A stretch of DNA of 64,000 nucleotides, taken from NCBI GenBank assembly GCA_963710015.1, contig CAVPYP010000005.1, positions 52,841 to 116,840 of the forward strand, given 5' to 3'. The translations under genes and the position numbers were made by a program. The stretch is from an uncultured delta proteobacterium (GTDB taxonomy: Bacteria > Desulfobacterota > Desulfobulbia > Desulfobulbales > Desulfocapsaceae). The notes below the pieces were generated by a model that worked only from the letters and a program-made list of their open reading frames with translations, searched no databases and was not told the origin of the DNA. Shown piece after piece: positions 1-9,554 of this stretch. Position 1 is the stretch's first letter. Each line of letters opens with the position of its first letter.

Positions 1-1
1 C

Positions 2-466
2 ATTGTCGTCACCGATGTGAATCCTTATCGTCTGAAACTGGCACAAAAAGCGGGAGCCACACGGGCGGTGAATATCGCCGAAGAGGATCTTCAGCGGGTA
101 CAGATGGAGCTTGAGATGCGTGAGGGATTTGACGTGGGGCTGGAGATGTCGGGCAGCCCCGCAGCGCTTAATACCATGCTCGACAGCATGTGCCACGGTG
201 GGAAAATAGCCCTGCTCGGCATCCTGCCGGATGACGGCGCGATCGACTGGACCACGGTGGTTTTCAACGGCCTCACCCTGAAAGGCATCTATGGTCGGGA
301 AATGTTTGAGACCTGGTACAAGATGACCGCCATGCTCCAGACCGGACTGGATATCTCCGAGCTTATCACCCACAGGTTCCACTATACCGAGTATGAAAAG
401 GGCTTTGAAGTGATGCGGTCCGGTAAATCGGGCAAGGTTGTCCTAAACTGGGAAGAAAAGGAATAA
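2..466 (+). CDS. tdh: L-threonine 3-dehydrogenase, C-terminal part (5' end lies outside the window)
   Basis: The frame is open from the window edge ([19 protein letters not shown]...). It matches the C-terminal Rossmann half of a Zn-type alcohol dehydrogenase and ends ...[11 protein letters not shown]. kbl follows 4 nt later, as in tdh-kbl operons. Confidence 0.85.
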   Translation: MVVTDVNPYRLKLAQKAGATRAVNIAEEDLQRVQMELEMREGFDVGLEMSGSPAALNTMLDSMCHGGKIALLGILPDDGAIDWTTVVFNGLTLKGIYGREMFETWYKMTAMLQTGLDISELITHRFHYTEYEKGFEVMRSGKSGKVVLNWEEKE

Positions 467-469
467 GAA

Positions 470-1693
470 ATGACTTTGGAAAATCTCGACAGGGCACTTC
501 AGGGGGAACTGGAGCAGCTGAACAGGGAAGGGAGGGCGAAGCAGCCCGAACGGATTATTACCGGCTATATTCCTGCAACCGGAGTGAACGGCCCCCGTTA
601 CAGACTCGCAGGTCAGGAAAAGGAGTTCATCCGCCTCAACTCCAACTCCTACCTCTCACTCTCCAACCATCCGGCCCTGATCAAAGCGGCTGACACGGCG
701 ACGCATGCCTGCGGGGTAGGGCCTGGTGCGGTACGGTTTATTGACGGTAGCTATTCCTACCATATCGACCTGGAAAAAAGGGTTGCCCAGTTTGTGGAAA
801 AACCGGCAGCCAAGATTTTCAATTCGGCGTATACCTCCAACTGTGGTCTGGCTCTTGCTATTGGCAACAAAAAAACCCATTGGATCGGTGACCAACTCAA
901 TCACAACTCGATTATACGTGCCATGCGTATCGCGGGTGTACCGAGCGCTAATAAGTCGATCTTTTCCCATAATGATATGGATGATCTGCGTCGATGTCTG
1001 CGTGGGGTGGAGGGCGACATCGAACGGGTCGTGGTTGTCTTTGACGGTATCTTCTCCATGCGTGGCGACTACGCGCCCATTGATAAGATCCAGGAGCTCA
1101 GCAGGGAATACAGCGGGAAATTTCCAGATGGTGTCATCACTGTGGTGGACGACTCCCATGGCATCGGCGCCTATGGGAAGTCAGGGCGGGGCACGCCGGA
1201 ATACTGCTCAGCCTGGCCCGATATTGTCGTCGGCACCTTCGGCAAGGCATTCGGGGTCAACGGCGGCTTTATCGCAGCCAGTGACACCGTCATCGAGGCA
1301 GTCCGCCAGAAGGCGGACACGTACATCTACACCAATCCTTTAAGCGTTGCTGACTGCGCAGCCGCAACAACAGCACTCAATATCTGCGACAGCAACGAAG
1401 GAAGAGAGCTGCTTGCCGGTCTCAAGCAGAGGACGAACCAGTTCAGAGAGGGACTCAACAAACTGGGGCTGGAATCCATACCGGGCCCACACCCGGTTGT
1501 ACCGCTTCTCGTGCGTGATACCAAAAAAACAAGAACGCTGGTGAACGATCTCTTCGAGGCGGGCATCCTGGTCGTGGGACTCACTTTTCCGGTGGTTCCC
1601 AAAGGGGATGAGTCTATCAGGTTCCAGATAAACGCGGCCCACACTAAAGCGGATATCGAATACGTGCTCGGAGTCCTGGCTTCATTCTCTTAA
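470..1693 (+). CDS. kbl: 2-amino-3-ketobutyrate CoA ligase (glycine C-acetyltransferase)
   Basis: 407 aa with an alpha-oxoamine synthase fold. The PLP-lysine context is GTFGKAFGVNGGF. It is tightly coupled to tdh. Confidence 0.9.
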   Translation: MTLENLDRALQGELEQLNREGRAKQPERIITGYIPATGVNGPRYRLAGQEKEFIRLNSNSYLSLSNHPALIKAADTATHACGVGPGAVRFIDGSYSYHIDLEKRVAQFVEKPAAKIFNSAYTSNCGLALAIGNKKTHWIGDQLNHNSIIRAMRIAGVPSANKSIFSHNDMDDLRRCLRGVEGDIERVVVVFDGIFSMRGDYAPIDKIQELSREYSGKFPDGVITVVDDSHGIGAYGKSGRGTPEYCSAWPDIVVGTFGKAFGVNGGFIAASDTVIEAVRQKADTYIYTNPLSVADCAAATTALNICDSNEGRELLAGLKQRTNQFREGLNKLGLESIPGPHPVVPLLVRDTKKTRTLVNDLFEAGILVVGLTFPVVPKGDESIRFQINAAHTKADIEYVLGVLASFS

Positions 1694-1724
1694 ACCAGAC
1701 CCCTTTAAAACTGCCCTATTGCAT

Positions 1725-1768
1725 GATCACGGAGTCTTTCATCCTTTTCCATGAAAGTCTCCGTGATC
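1725..1768 (+). terminator. Long hairpin after kbl (18-bp stem with 1 mismatch, 8-nt loop, no U-tract)
   Basis: gatcacggagtctttcat / ccttttcc / atgaaagtctccgtgatc, read directly. It lies 32 nt after the kbl stop. Confidence 0.45.
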
Positions 1769-1919
1769 TCTCTCAGCTGCTGATTGACACTGGGTGTAAA
1801 AATCGCTATCGTGACAACTTGTTAACGGGTTCTTCGGCCATTTGTTAAGTTTAGACGAGAGAGCAGTCGCTCATCACCTATCACATCATCCAACTAACCC
1901 TCATTCAAGAGGAAAAAAT

Positions 1920-2717
1920 ATGAACAAAGTATCATTTGATTTAACAGGAAAAGTAGCCCTCGTCACAGGAGCCACCCACGGCATTGGCATGGCCGTGGCT
2001 AAGGGACTTGCTCAACAGGGTGCAAAGATTTGCGTGAACGACATCGACGATGCAAAACTGGAAGCTTGCGAGGAAGAATACAAGAAAGACGGTATCGATG
2101 TTTACCGGCTCAAATTCAGTGTGACTTCCGAGAAAGATGTGGACCGTGGAATCTCTCAGATTGAGAAGGAGGTCGGGCCAATTGATATTCTCGTGAACAA
2201 TGCGGGCATCATCAAACGGGTTCCTATCCTCGAAATGGATCTCTTAGATTTCAAACAAGTGATCGAGGTTGATTTAATTTCTCCGCTTATCGTATCTAAG
2301 CGTGTCGTTCCATCGATGATAGAACGTCGTGCAGGAAAAATCATTAACATGTGTTCAATGATGAGCGTGTATGGCCGGCAAAACGTCTCAGCCTATGCTT
2401 CCGCAAAGGGTGGTTTGAAACTGCTGACTCAAAACATGTGCTGCGAGTGGGCGAAGTATAACCTTAACATTAACGGTCTTGGACCTGGCTATATCGCCAC
2501 GGCGCAGACTGCCCCGATTCGTGTGGATGGGCATCCCTTCAATGACCTCGTTATGACTCGTACTCCCGCAAATCGTTGGGGGCAGCCTGAGGATCTTGCC
2601 GGTGCAGCAGTCCTTTTGGCATCGGATGCCGGTCGATTTATCAACGGGCAGGTGATCTACGTTGATGGCGGGATTTTGGCCAATTTCGGCTACGTCGCCG
2701 GAGAGAACGAACTGTAG
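1920..2717 (+). CDS. Short-chain dehydrogenase/reductase (gluconate-5-dehydrogenase/KduD-like)
   Basis: Carries TGATHGIGMAVA (TGxxxGIG), NNAG and YASAK (YxxxK). I chose the ATG at 1920 because an AGAGGA ribosome-binding site precedes it; the track ORF starts upstream at 1842. Confidence 0.8.
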   Translation: MNKVSFDLTGKVALVTGATHGIGMAVAKGLAQQGAKICVNDIDDAKLEACEEEYKKDGIDVYRLKFSVTSEKDVDRGISQIEKEVGPIDILVNNAGIIKRVPILEMDLLDFKQVIEVDLISPLIVSKRVVPSMIERRAGKIINMCSMMSVYGRQNVSAYASAKGGLKLLTQNMCCEWAKYNLNINGLGPGYIATAQTAPIRVDGHPFNDLVMTRTPANRWGQPEDLAGAAVLLASDAGRFINGQVIYVDGGILANFGYVAGENEL

Positions 2718-3038
2718 CTCGAATCTTTTTCAAGGAGCGGAGCCCAGGTTTGGCGAATTGGGGCCCCATCTCTCTCTTGCTAAAAATTGCCGGTTAGCGG
2801 TATTCGTTTCCTGCCAGAGAGACAATGGCTATGACTGGTAATTTTCAGCAACGATCTATATCGCATTCCGGTTGAGGTTTAAGGTGGGTTAACTGAGACA
2901 ACAGGCATGGGACAGCAGGGTCTGCAGTAACAGTTATCAGGAATGGTCGTAAGCACGTTAATTCAGCAGATCTCATTGTTTATATTTATCGAGTAACTGT
3001 CCAAAATGCTCACTCTTTTAAGGTAACAGGATTATCAT

Positions 3039-3893
3039 ATGAAACCATATCGAAGCATGCTCTTCGTGCCGGCAACGGAGCCCAGGAAGGTAAGCAAAGC
3101 ATTAGACTCAAAAGCCGACTGCGTCATCTTGGATCTAGAGGATGCTGTGGCGTTATCCGAGAAAAAAAACGCCCGATTTGCGGTGCGTGATATCTTGGCA
3201 GGGAAAGGAGACAGGCAGGTATATGTCAGGATAAACAGTATCGACACCCCTTTTCTCTATGGCGATCTTACCACGATTATTGCGGGTAGTCCTAGCGGTG
3301 TGATGTTGCCGAAGGCAGAGACTGCTGAGCAGGTCAGGTGCGTAGACTGGCTGATCAGCCAGCTGGAAATGGAATCTGGTTTACCCCTTGGCCAGATTGG
3401 ACTGATAACACTCATCGAAACTGCCGGCGGTGTAGGTCGGGCCCCTGAAATAGCTTGTTCAAGCAGCCGAATTAAATGTATGGCATTTGGTGCAATAGAT
3501 TACACGCTGGATATCGGCACAAAGCTCAGCGAAGACGGTCGTGAACTCTTTCATGCCCGCAGTCAAGTTGTCGTTGCAAGCCGAATGGCAGGCTGCGCAA
3601 AGCCAATTGATACAGTCTACTCGGATTTCAGGAACGCGGACGGCCTCAGGCGGGACTCCGAGTTAGCCCTGGGGCTTGGCTATCAGGGGAAAATGATTAT
3701 CCACCCTGATCAAATCGACATAGTCAATGAGACTTTTTCTCCAAGCCAGGAAGAACTCGCTTATGCCCGGAAGGTTGTTGAGGCTTTTGAAGAAGCTGAG
3801 AAGAACGGGGTTGCATCCGTCAACCTGGAAGGAAAAATGATCGATTATCCTGTGGTGAATAGAGCGCGACAACTATTAGAAATAAATAAATGA
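3039..3893 (+). CDS. HpcH/HpaI aldolase / citrate lyase beta (CitE)-like acyl-CoA lyase
   Basis: 284 aa. The N-terminus RSMLFVPATEPRKVSKALDSKADCVILDLEDAV is typical of the CitE / malyl-CoA / citramalyl-CoA lyase family. Confidence 0.75.
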   Translation: MKPYRSMLFVPATEPRKVSKALDSKADCVILDLEDAVALSEKKNARFAVRDILAGKGDRQVYVRINSIDTPFLYGDLTTIIAGSPSGVMLPKAETAEQVRCVDWLISQLEMESGLPLGQIGLITLIETAGGVGRAPEIACSSSRIKCMAFGAIDYTLDIGTKLSEDGRELFHARSQVVVASRMAGCAKPIDTVYSDFRNADGLRRDSELALGLGYQGKMIIHPDQIDIVNETFSPSQEELAYARKVVEAFEEAEKNGVASVNLEGKMIDYPVVNRARQLLEINK

Positions 3894-4064
3894 TGTCGAT
3901 AAATTGAAGACCAGGAAGCGCATTATCAGGGAAGGCTCATTCAATGGATTGTCTTTCTTGCACTTCGATGGATGTGCGTTAAGGTAATCCATGCAGATGT
4001 TATGTTTTCATCTTTGGCGATTGTTTCTCACCCGAGAAAAGCAACAAAAAAGAAGGAGGGCAAG

Positions 4065-4268
4065 ATGGATTTCAATCACACCTACGCAGACTACATTGAT
4101 GAAGAAGGTATTGCAGCTATTAAAGAACTGGAAGATAAAACCGGGAAATGTCTTTTAGCCTACTACTCTCCTCCTGGCCCGGCAAATCTCGATTCAGAAG
4201 AACTCCAGAAGATAAAAGAGCTGGAATCGAAACTCTGCGTTCGCTTAGTAGCTTACGAGAAACATTGA
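4065..4268 (+). CDS. Small hypothetical protein (67 aa)
   Basis: The ATG is preceded by AAGGAGGG. The acidic sequence MDFNHTYADYIDEEG... has no family I recognise. Confidence 0.4.
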   Translation: MDFNHTYADYIDEEGIAAIKELEDKTGKCLLAYYSPPGPANLDSEELQKIKELESKLCVRLVAYEKH

Positions 4269-4408
4269 CCATCAAAGGAAGTAACCTGGTCATGTTCAGG
4301 GGCTGTAAAGGGGTTGTCATGCCCTGCGGGGAATTCTCCGGGCGCACAGACCTTGAGGGATACCGATCAAAAAACAATTGAGACCCGCCTCATGTACACA
4401 TGATGGTG

Positions 4409-5308
4409 CTACTCCCTGGTACTCTGATACATAAACTGCATGAAGGTCTTTATGCGGGCAGTATTTCTCAAGTCTGGATGGGTGAGGATCCAGACATGTC
4501 TGTGACAATATTCGGGGAGTTCCATGATTTCTACCATCCGAGGGTCTGAAAGTCCCACGTAATGGGGTAACGCAGTGATTCCCAGATCCTGCTGGGCAAA
4601 CTTGTAGAGGGTGGACAGTTTGTCACTTGACGCCACTATGCAGCGCTCGGGGACGTGTTTCTTTAACCATTTACTGGCTGAAACATTAGCTAAAGCCTCA
4701 TTGGGCACCAGGAACCGATGTCTGGGAAAATCATCCGGATTATCTGGAAACCCGAATTTGTCAATGTATGATTGTGATGCATAGAGCCGGAAATAGATTG
4801 GTGCCAGTCTTCTTCCCACCATATAGTCAGGCTGGATATTGACCGCAGGAATGACGATGTCGGTTTCTCTCTTTGCAAGATTGGTGTAGCGGATCTGAAT
4901 ATCGAGATCGATAAGAATCTCCGGGTATTGTTCTTTGAATCTCTTTATATACGGTGGCAGCCAATAATAGCCAATCGTATCAGTTGTTGAAATTTTAAGA
5001 ATTCCACTCAATGTAATGTCTTTGCCCCTGAGCTTACGCTGAATGGCGTACATCTGTTTTTCAACCTGCCGCACGCTGCCAAGAATCTCTTCTCCCGCCT
5101 TTGTCAGGGTATAGCCATTTCTGGATCGTTCGAACAACCGCACGCTCAATTTGTTTTCAAGGGTGTTTATTCGGCGAAACACGGTGGAGTGATTAACACC
5201 GAGTTCTCTGGCTGCGGAATTAAGATTCCCGCACTCTGCAACTTTGAGAAAGTACTGGTAATGATTCCAGTCAAGTATATTTTGCATATTTGCAATACCA
5301 GTTTGCAT
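4409..5308 (-). CDS. LysR-family transcriptional regulator
   Basis: 299 aa. It has an N-terminal wHTH (FLKVAECGNLNSAARELGVNHSTVFRRINTLE) and a LysR substrate-binding domain. Confidence 0.9.
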   Translation of the reverse strand: MQTGIANMQNILDWNHYQYFLKVAECGNLNSAARELGVNHSTVFRRINTLENKLSVRLFERSRNGYTLTKAGEEILGSVRQVEKQMYAIQRKLRGKDITLSGILKISTTDTIGYYWLPPYIKRFKEQYPEILIDLDIQIRYTNLAKRETDIVIPAVNIQPDYMVGRRLAPIYFRLYASQSYIDKFGFPDNPDDFPRHRFLVPNEALANVSASKWLKKHVPERCIVASSDKLSTLYKFAQQDLGITALPHYVGLSDPRMVEIMELPEYCHRHVWILTHPDLRNTARIKTFMQFMYQSTRE

Positions 5309-5317
5309 TAATGTGTC

Positions 5318-5338
5318 ATTGATTTACATTTAATCAAT
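5318..5338. promoter_or_regulatory. Candidate LysR box (ATTGAT-N9-ATCAAT, T-N11-A type palindrome)
   Basis: attgatttacatttaatcaat, read directly in the divergent LysR/yceI intergenic region. Confidence 0.3.
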
Positions 5339-5639
5339 GGAAATAGTTGTAGTCAAGCGCAAATATATTTCACTGAACGATGAAAGATATATTTGGTAAT
5401 GATCATTTACAGGCTGTCAGCCGGTAAAATCGTCAAAGCGCACCGTAGAAGGGTAATTATTCAAATATCTAATAATACCCGAGTGTAAATGCCGATACAT
5501 TAATGATTTGAAAACCTGGAACAGAATAAAAATCAAGCGATCGTCTCAGGTTTCCGGGCAGAGAACCTTGTCTGAAGCTGATGCCTGATGATCGAGTTAC
5601 AGAACGAATCAGAGAAATATAAATCCACAGGAGACCATC

Positions 5640-6236
5640 ATGAAAACGATACACCTCACCGGAATTACTTTTTTATTATCATTGATTGTTGTTTCAAGTG
5701 CGTTCAGTGCCGCGAGAGCGTGGGAATTAGACACGGCACATTCAAATGTCTATTTCAGTGTTGATCACATCTTTTCGAAGGTGAATGGGCATTTCAACGA
5801 TTTCAAAACCGAAATTAACTTTGATCCAGAAGATCTCGCCGGCAGTAGGTTCAACTTTGAGATCAAAACAGAATCTATCGACACAAACATTGGTAAAAGG
5901 GATAAACATCTCCAGTCTGCCGATTTCTTTGATGCGGGGGAATTTCCGTTAATGACATTTACATCCTCCCAGATCTCAGATGCAGGAAATGGGATGTATA
6001 ATGTGGCAGGCAAGCTCTCGGTAAAAGGTAAAGATTACGATCTAACCCTTCCTCTGAAGCTTGAAGGAGTAAAGGAACATCCAGCAAAGAAAGGAACAGA
6101 TGTCGCCGGTTTCAATGGTAGATTAACCTTTGACAGACTCGCTCACGGAGTCGGAAACGGTAAGTTTTATGAAATGGGCATTGTCGGCAAGGACGTCGAT
6201 GTCTTTGTCAGCATTGAACTTCTCAGCGGCAAATAG
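5640..6236 (+). CDS. YceI-like periplasmic polyisoprenoid-binding protein
   Basis: 198 aa with a signal peptide (...VVSSAFSA). The YceI signature HSNVYFSVDHIFSKVNGHF is present. Confidence 0.85.
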   Translation: MKTIHLTGITFLLSLIVVSSAFSAARAWELDTAHSNVYFSVDHIFSKVNGHFNDFKTEINFDPEDLAGSRFNFEIKTESIDTNIGKRDKHLQSADFFDAGEFPLMTFTSSQISDAGNGMYNVAGKLSVKGKDYDLTLPLKLEGVKEHPAKKGTDVAGFNGRLTFDRLAHGVGNGKFYEMGIVGKDVDVFVSIELLSGK

Positions 6237-6314
6237 CAGGCGTATTGATTTACCAAGAGCAGCCGCGCAGAGGCGTGGAGGCATTGAACTGCAGGCCTAA
6301 ATCGCATTTATCTT

Positions 6315-6365
6315 GACTTGACCTGACAGCAGCCGTTTTTTTTGAGGTGGTTGTCAGGTCAAGTC
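6315..6365. terminator. Bidirectional hairpin between the convergent yceI-like gene and the kinase gene (14-bp perfect stem, loop contains T8)
   Basis: gacttgacctgaca ... tgtcaggtcaagtc, read directly. Confidence 0.5.
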
Positions 6366-6378
6366 TCACCTATAAAGG

Positions 6379-7962
6379 TCATAAATGCTTTGAAATCGAT
6401 ACGTTAAAGGTTATACCTTGCGGGGATCTGAATTCAGACCAGACACTGCCTCCATGCTGCTCGGCTATCTCTTTCACAACGGCAAGTCCCAGACCTGAAC
6501 CGTCGATGCCGTCAGCCGTCTTCTGTCGCTTAAACAATCCAAAGATGTCCTGGGACTCTTCCTCGGTTAAGCCAATGCCGTCATCACTCACATCCAGTAT
6601 ATGAAATTCTTCATTATCCCTGTAGCCAATTGATATTTTACTTAAATTTTCACCACCGTATTTTAATGCGTTATCAACCAAATTCCTCAAGACTCTCGAC
6701 ATGGCGATTCTGTCTGCCTTTATTTCCGGCTGGCGCACCGGTTCTTTCCATTCTATCTGTCTAACATTTAAGGGAACAGCAAACTCTTCTCTCGCCATAA
6801 CCAGCAGGTCTGCAAGCTTGATGGATTCAATTTTTAGAGGCAGCTCCTTCGTCGATATATAGATATTGATCATTTCCACGAGAGCGGTGATCTGTTCTGC
6901 CGACTTGGAAATCTGCTGACAATAGTTCTTTCCTCTTTCGCCGAGAATGTCCTCAAAATTCTTGCTCAGGAGTCTTGTCAGGCCATGGATGGAAATTGCG
7001 GGATTCTTGAGGTCATGCGAAACAGAATAGGCAAAGCGCTGAATTTTGCTTGAGCTGATTTTCAGGGCTTCCTCCGCCTCCAGGCGATTGGCAATTTCTT
7101 TTTTTAATGACCGGTTGGTAACCGACAGCCGTTCTGTGCGCTCCTTGACCATATCCTCAAGGTTCTGCCGATATTTCTGTAATTCCTCTTCCTTTCTCCT
7201 TCTATCCGTGATGTCCTCGACCATCTCTATTGCTGCGGTAACGTTACCTTCCCAGTTTATTATCGGTGAAGAAATCACTCTATAATTCCGGATTTCATCA
7301 CCAAGCGGCGTGTCCGTTATGGATTCATGAACCTTTCCATCCCGCAAGGTTTTGTATGTGGGACAATAAGGACAGATTTCGTTCCTGGGCGGATCATTAA
7401 ATTCCTGAAAGCAGAGCGGTCTTTTGGAAACGTCAACATGCGGGAACCATTTATTCATCTGTTTGTTGACTGTCATTATTTCCATGTCTGGACTGATAAG
7501 AGACACACCAATACCAATATTTTCAACCACGCTTTTATATCTCTCTTCACTCTCCAGCAATTCTCTGCTGGTCAGCATACTCTTGGTAATATCGCGAAGC
7601 AGTTCTACGACTCCAATGACTTCACCGTCATTGTTTTTTACCGGAACCATGGTGTTTTCCGCAATGAAACCAGGTACTACCTCCTTTATGAAGGTCTGGA
7701 TTTCTCCCGTTTTCATTACCTCAGGAGCTTTACAGTCATGGCATGGGGTGAGAACCTTTCTATCCTCCCCAATCACTTGAGCACGTAGTTCGTAGCAGCG
7801 TTTTCCCCGGGCATTTTGCAGTGAAACTCCGATTTTTTCCTGATAAAAGGGATTCATGTTGAGAATTGCAAAATCGCGGTCAAGATAGAGTATTCCCATG
7901 GGGATGTGATTGAAAATAAGTTCAAAGTCTTTGGTGTTGATACCGCTGCCGGAAAAGGTCAT
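6379..7962 (-). CDS. Cytoplasmic tandem-PAS sensor histidine kinase
   Basis: 527 aa with no TM segment. It has two PAS domains, the H-box SHDLKNPA, and ATPase G-boxes DDGIGL and GSGLGLAVV. Confidence 0.85.
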   Translation of the reverse strand: MTFSGSGINTKDFELIFNHIPMGILYLDRDFAILNMNPFYQEKIGVSLQNARGKRCYELRAQVIGEDRKVLTPCHDCKAPEVMKTGEIQTFIKEVVPGFIAENTMVPVKNNDGEVIGVVELLRDITKSMLTSRELLESEERYKSVVENIGIGVSLISPDMEIMTVNKQMNKWFPHVDVSKRPLCFQEFNDPPRNEICPYCPTYKTLRDGKVHESITDTPLGDEIRNYRVISSPIINWEGNVTAAIEMVEDITDRRRKEEELQKYRQNLEDMVKERTERLSVTNRSLKKEIANRLEAEEALKISSSKIQRFAYSVSHDLKNPAISIHGLTRLLSKNFEDILGERGKNYCQQISKSAEQITALVEMINIYISTKELPLKIESIKLADLLVMAREEFAVPLNVRQIEWKEPVRQPEIKADRIAMSRVLRNLVDNALKYGGENLSKISIGYRDNEEFHILDVSDDGIGLTEEESQDIFGLFKRQKTADGIDGSGLGLAVVKEIAEQHGGSVWSEFRSPQGITFNVSISKHL

Positions 7963-8672
7963 GTTGTGATCTCTCTCATTTTTCCTGTTTCCTCGGGTTG
8001 CTGAATAGTTACGGCTGCTGATGACAGATCATGGATTCTGGACCGCAAAGGAGAACCATAAAAAAGTACCAGCTGTATTTCTCTCCATTTCGATCTCGAT
8101 AAATGCACTATTGTCTCGTACCTGTCAGAACTGCCGATTTTGAGAATGAACAAAGATTATGGATATATAATAACCATCAATCTTTACAACAAAATGGCAC
8201 ATTGTGGCTGTGAGGAAATAAGGTTTTACAAACTTACTCTCCTACTGAGCAGGTAAACCAGCTGCCGGCAGTATATGAAAGCTTGACAGTAATAAACCGA
8301 ATACTTAAATTCAAAGTGCTCATCATATTTTTTGAGCAGCTAGAAAATAAGATGTAGACTGCCATATCAACCTCATTTTCTAGTTGAGGAGGGGTCGCTC
8401 CCAGACCCTTCCTCCCCTGGCAGGCAATTTTTTCAGAAATATATCAGATTTTTATCGATAATACGCAACCCGGTTTGATGATAGTGAGGGACCGTCTTGT
8501 CTTTAACGTTGCAGATAGTGTCGGGAATAATGCTGTTTATGGTTTCTTTATTATCTCCGGAAGAATGGAGGACGTCCATCCATTGACGGACTGCTTATCG
8601 TCTAGAATTCGAAAATTTCAAGATCACTTGCATTGCCAATTAAGTTATTGTTACCAAAGGGAAAATGAAAAT

Positions 8673-9038
8673 ATGGTTATAAAAGTATCCACCCCGTCAA
8701 TTATTGAGTGCGCCGGCAACAAACCAAAGCGAATTGAGGAATATATTGGCCGTGTCAATTCAAAAAATTCAGACGTGAGCATAGCTCGAATGGTCAGTCC
8801 TGCGGGCTGGATAGAACCTGGTCAGAGGCCTGAGTTTACTGAGTATACAATTGTCTTAAAAGGGATGCTCCGGGTTAAAACTGAATCAGAAGAGTTTGAT
8901 ATTCATAAAGGTGAAGCTGTAATTACAGAAGCAAATGAGTGGGTTCAATATAGTACACCAAACGATGAGGGTGCCGAATATGTCGCTGTTTGTCTGCCGG
9001 CGTTTTCTCCCGATACAGTTCATAGGGATGATGAATAA
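8673..9038 (+). CDS. Cupin-domain protein (121 aa)
   Basis: The C-terminal two thirds of track ORF 8475..9038 have a cupin-barrel pattern (IARMVSPAGWIEPGQRPEFTEYTIVLKG...AEYVAVCLPAFSP). The upstream part looks non-coding, so I use the internal ATG. Confidence 0.6.
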   Translation: MVIKVSTPSIIECAGNKPKRIEEYIGRVNSKNSDVSIARMVSPAGWIEPGQRPEFTEYTIVLKGMLRVKTESEEFDIHKGEAVITEANEWVQYSTPNDEGAEYVAVCLPAFSPDTVHRDDE

Positions 9039-9039
9039 A

Positions 9040-9360
9040 AGCGGGTCTTCCGTTAAACGAGTACCTCAATGCTGTAATCACCCTTCAGTTGTCCTTCAAA
9101 TTGCCTGTGCTCGCCGCCTGGCATACTTCTTTTGCTTGTCCAAAACAAGTATCAAGAAAAAGACACCCGACGATGCCGGCCCTGCGGGCTCCCCTGTGCT
9201 GCTCGCCACTGGCGGGGCGCCAAAAACTCGCTGACGCTCAGACAGGTTTGGCGTCTTGTTCCGCCACCAGCTCCGCTGCTCGGCGGCAGCGAATGGGGAA
9301 CAGCATTCATGGGCATCCCTCTCAAGGTAGGCGATATCCGGATGATCCATTAAAGCTGCT
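9040..9360. other. GC-rich stretch with no convincing gene (several overlapping ORFs in different frames on both strands)
   Basis: Track ORFs 9089-9364(+), 9132-9353(+) and 9096-9350(-) overlap. All are low-complexity and Arg/Ala/Pro-rich. Several short GC hairpins are present. Confidence 0.3.
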
Positions 9361-9491
9361 TTGAGAGCGGATGGGAGAATGGCGGTTTATTGTGATGGCA
9401 CTGTCGGAATGAGAGGACTTTCCCGGCTGTTTTCTAATGGGCTGCGCTACTCGAGAAGCAGGCTTTTAGACGAGCTGGACTGGAAGGACAT

Positions 9492-9527
9492 CCATACCGG
9501 CATGATGAAGAAGCTCTGCCGGTATGG
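9492..9527 (-). terminator. Hairpin 28 nt downstream of the ferritin-like gene (11-bp perfect stem)
   Basis: ccataccggca ... tgccggtatgg, read directly. There is no U-tract. Confidence 0.4.
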
Positions 9528-9554
9528 ACGAACGAATGGAATTGGGGCGCACTG

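Noticed and set aside
2881-2935. CTGAGA-containing stretch as a TPP riboswitch.
   Set aside because: It lacks the ACCTGATCTGGATAATGCCAGCG-type pyrimidine-sensor helix and the rest of the THI-box.
8195-8210. TGGCAC-N-GGCT as a sigma54 promoter.
   Set aside because: The GC of the -12 element is displaced by one position relative to the TGGCACG-N4-TTGC consensus. The nearest downstream gene is more than 460 nt away.
8475-8672. N-terminal 66-aa extension of the cupin ORF.
   Set aside because: It has a non-ATG start and odd composition (MMIVRDRLVFNVADSVGNN...CQLSYCYQRENEN). It contains an EcoRI-type AT-rich tract, and no homology pattern is visible. The cupin domain begins after the internal ATG at 8673.
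9381-9427. Minus-strand blocks GGGAAAGTCC and CAGTGCC..ACAATAAACCGCC, which resemble conserved RNase P RNA segments.
   Set aside because: The other universally conserved RNase P blocks are absent from the surrounding 500 nt (GGUAAGGGUGAAA, the GGUGCGGUAAGAGCGCACC-type helix, ACAGAACCCGGCUUA). I treat this as a chance resemblance.
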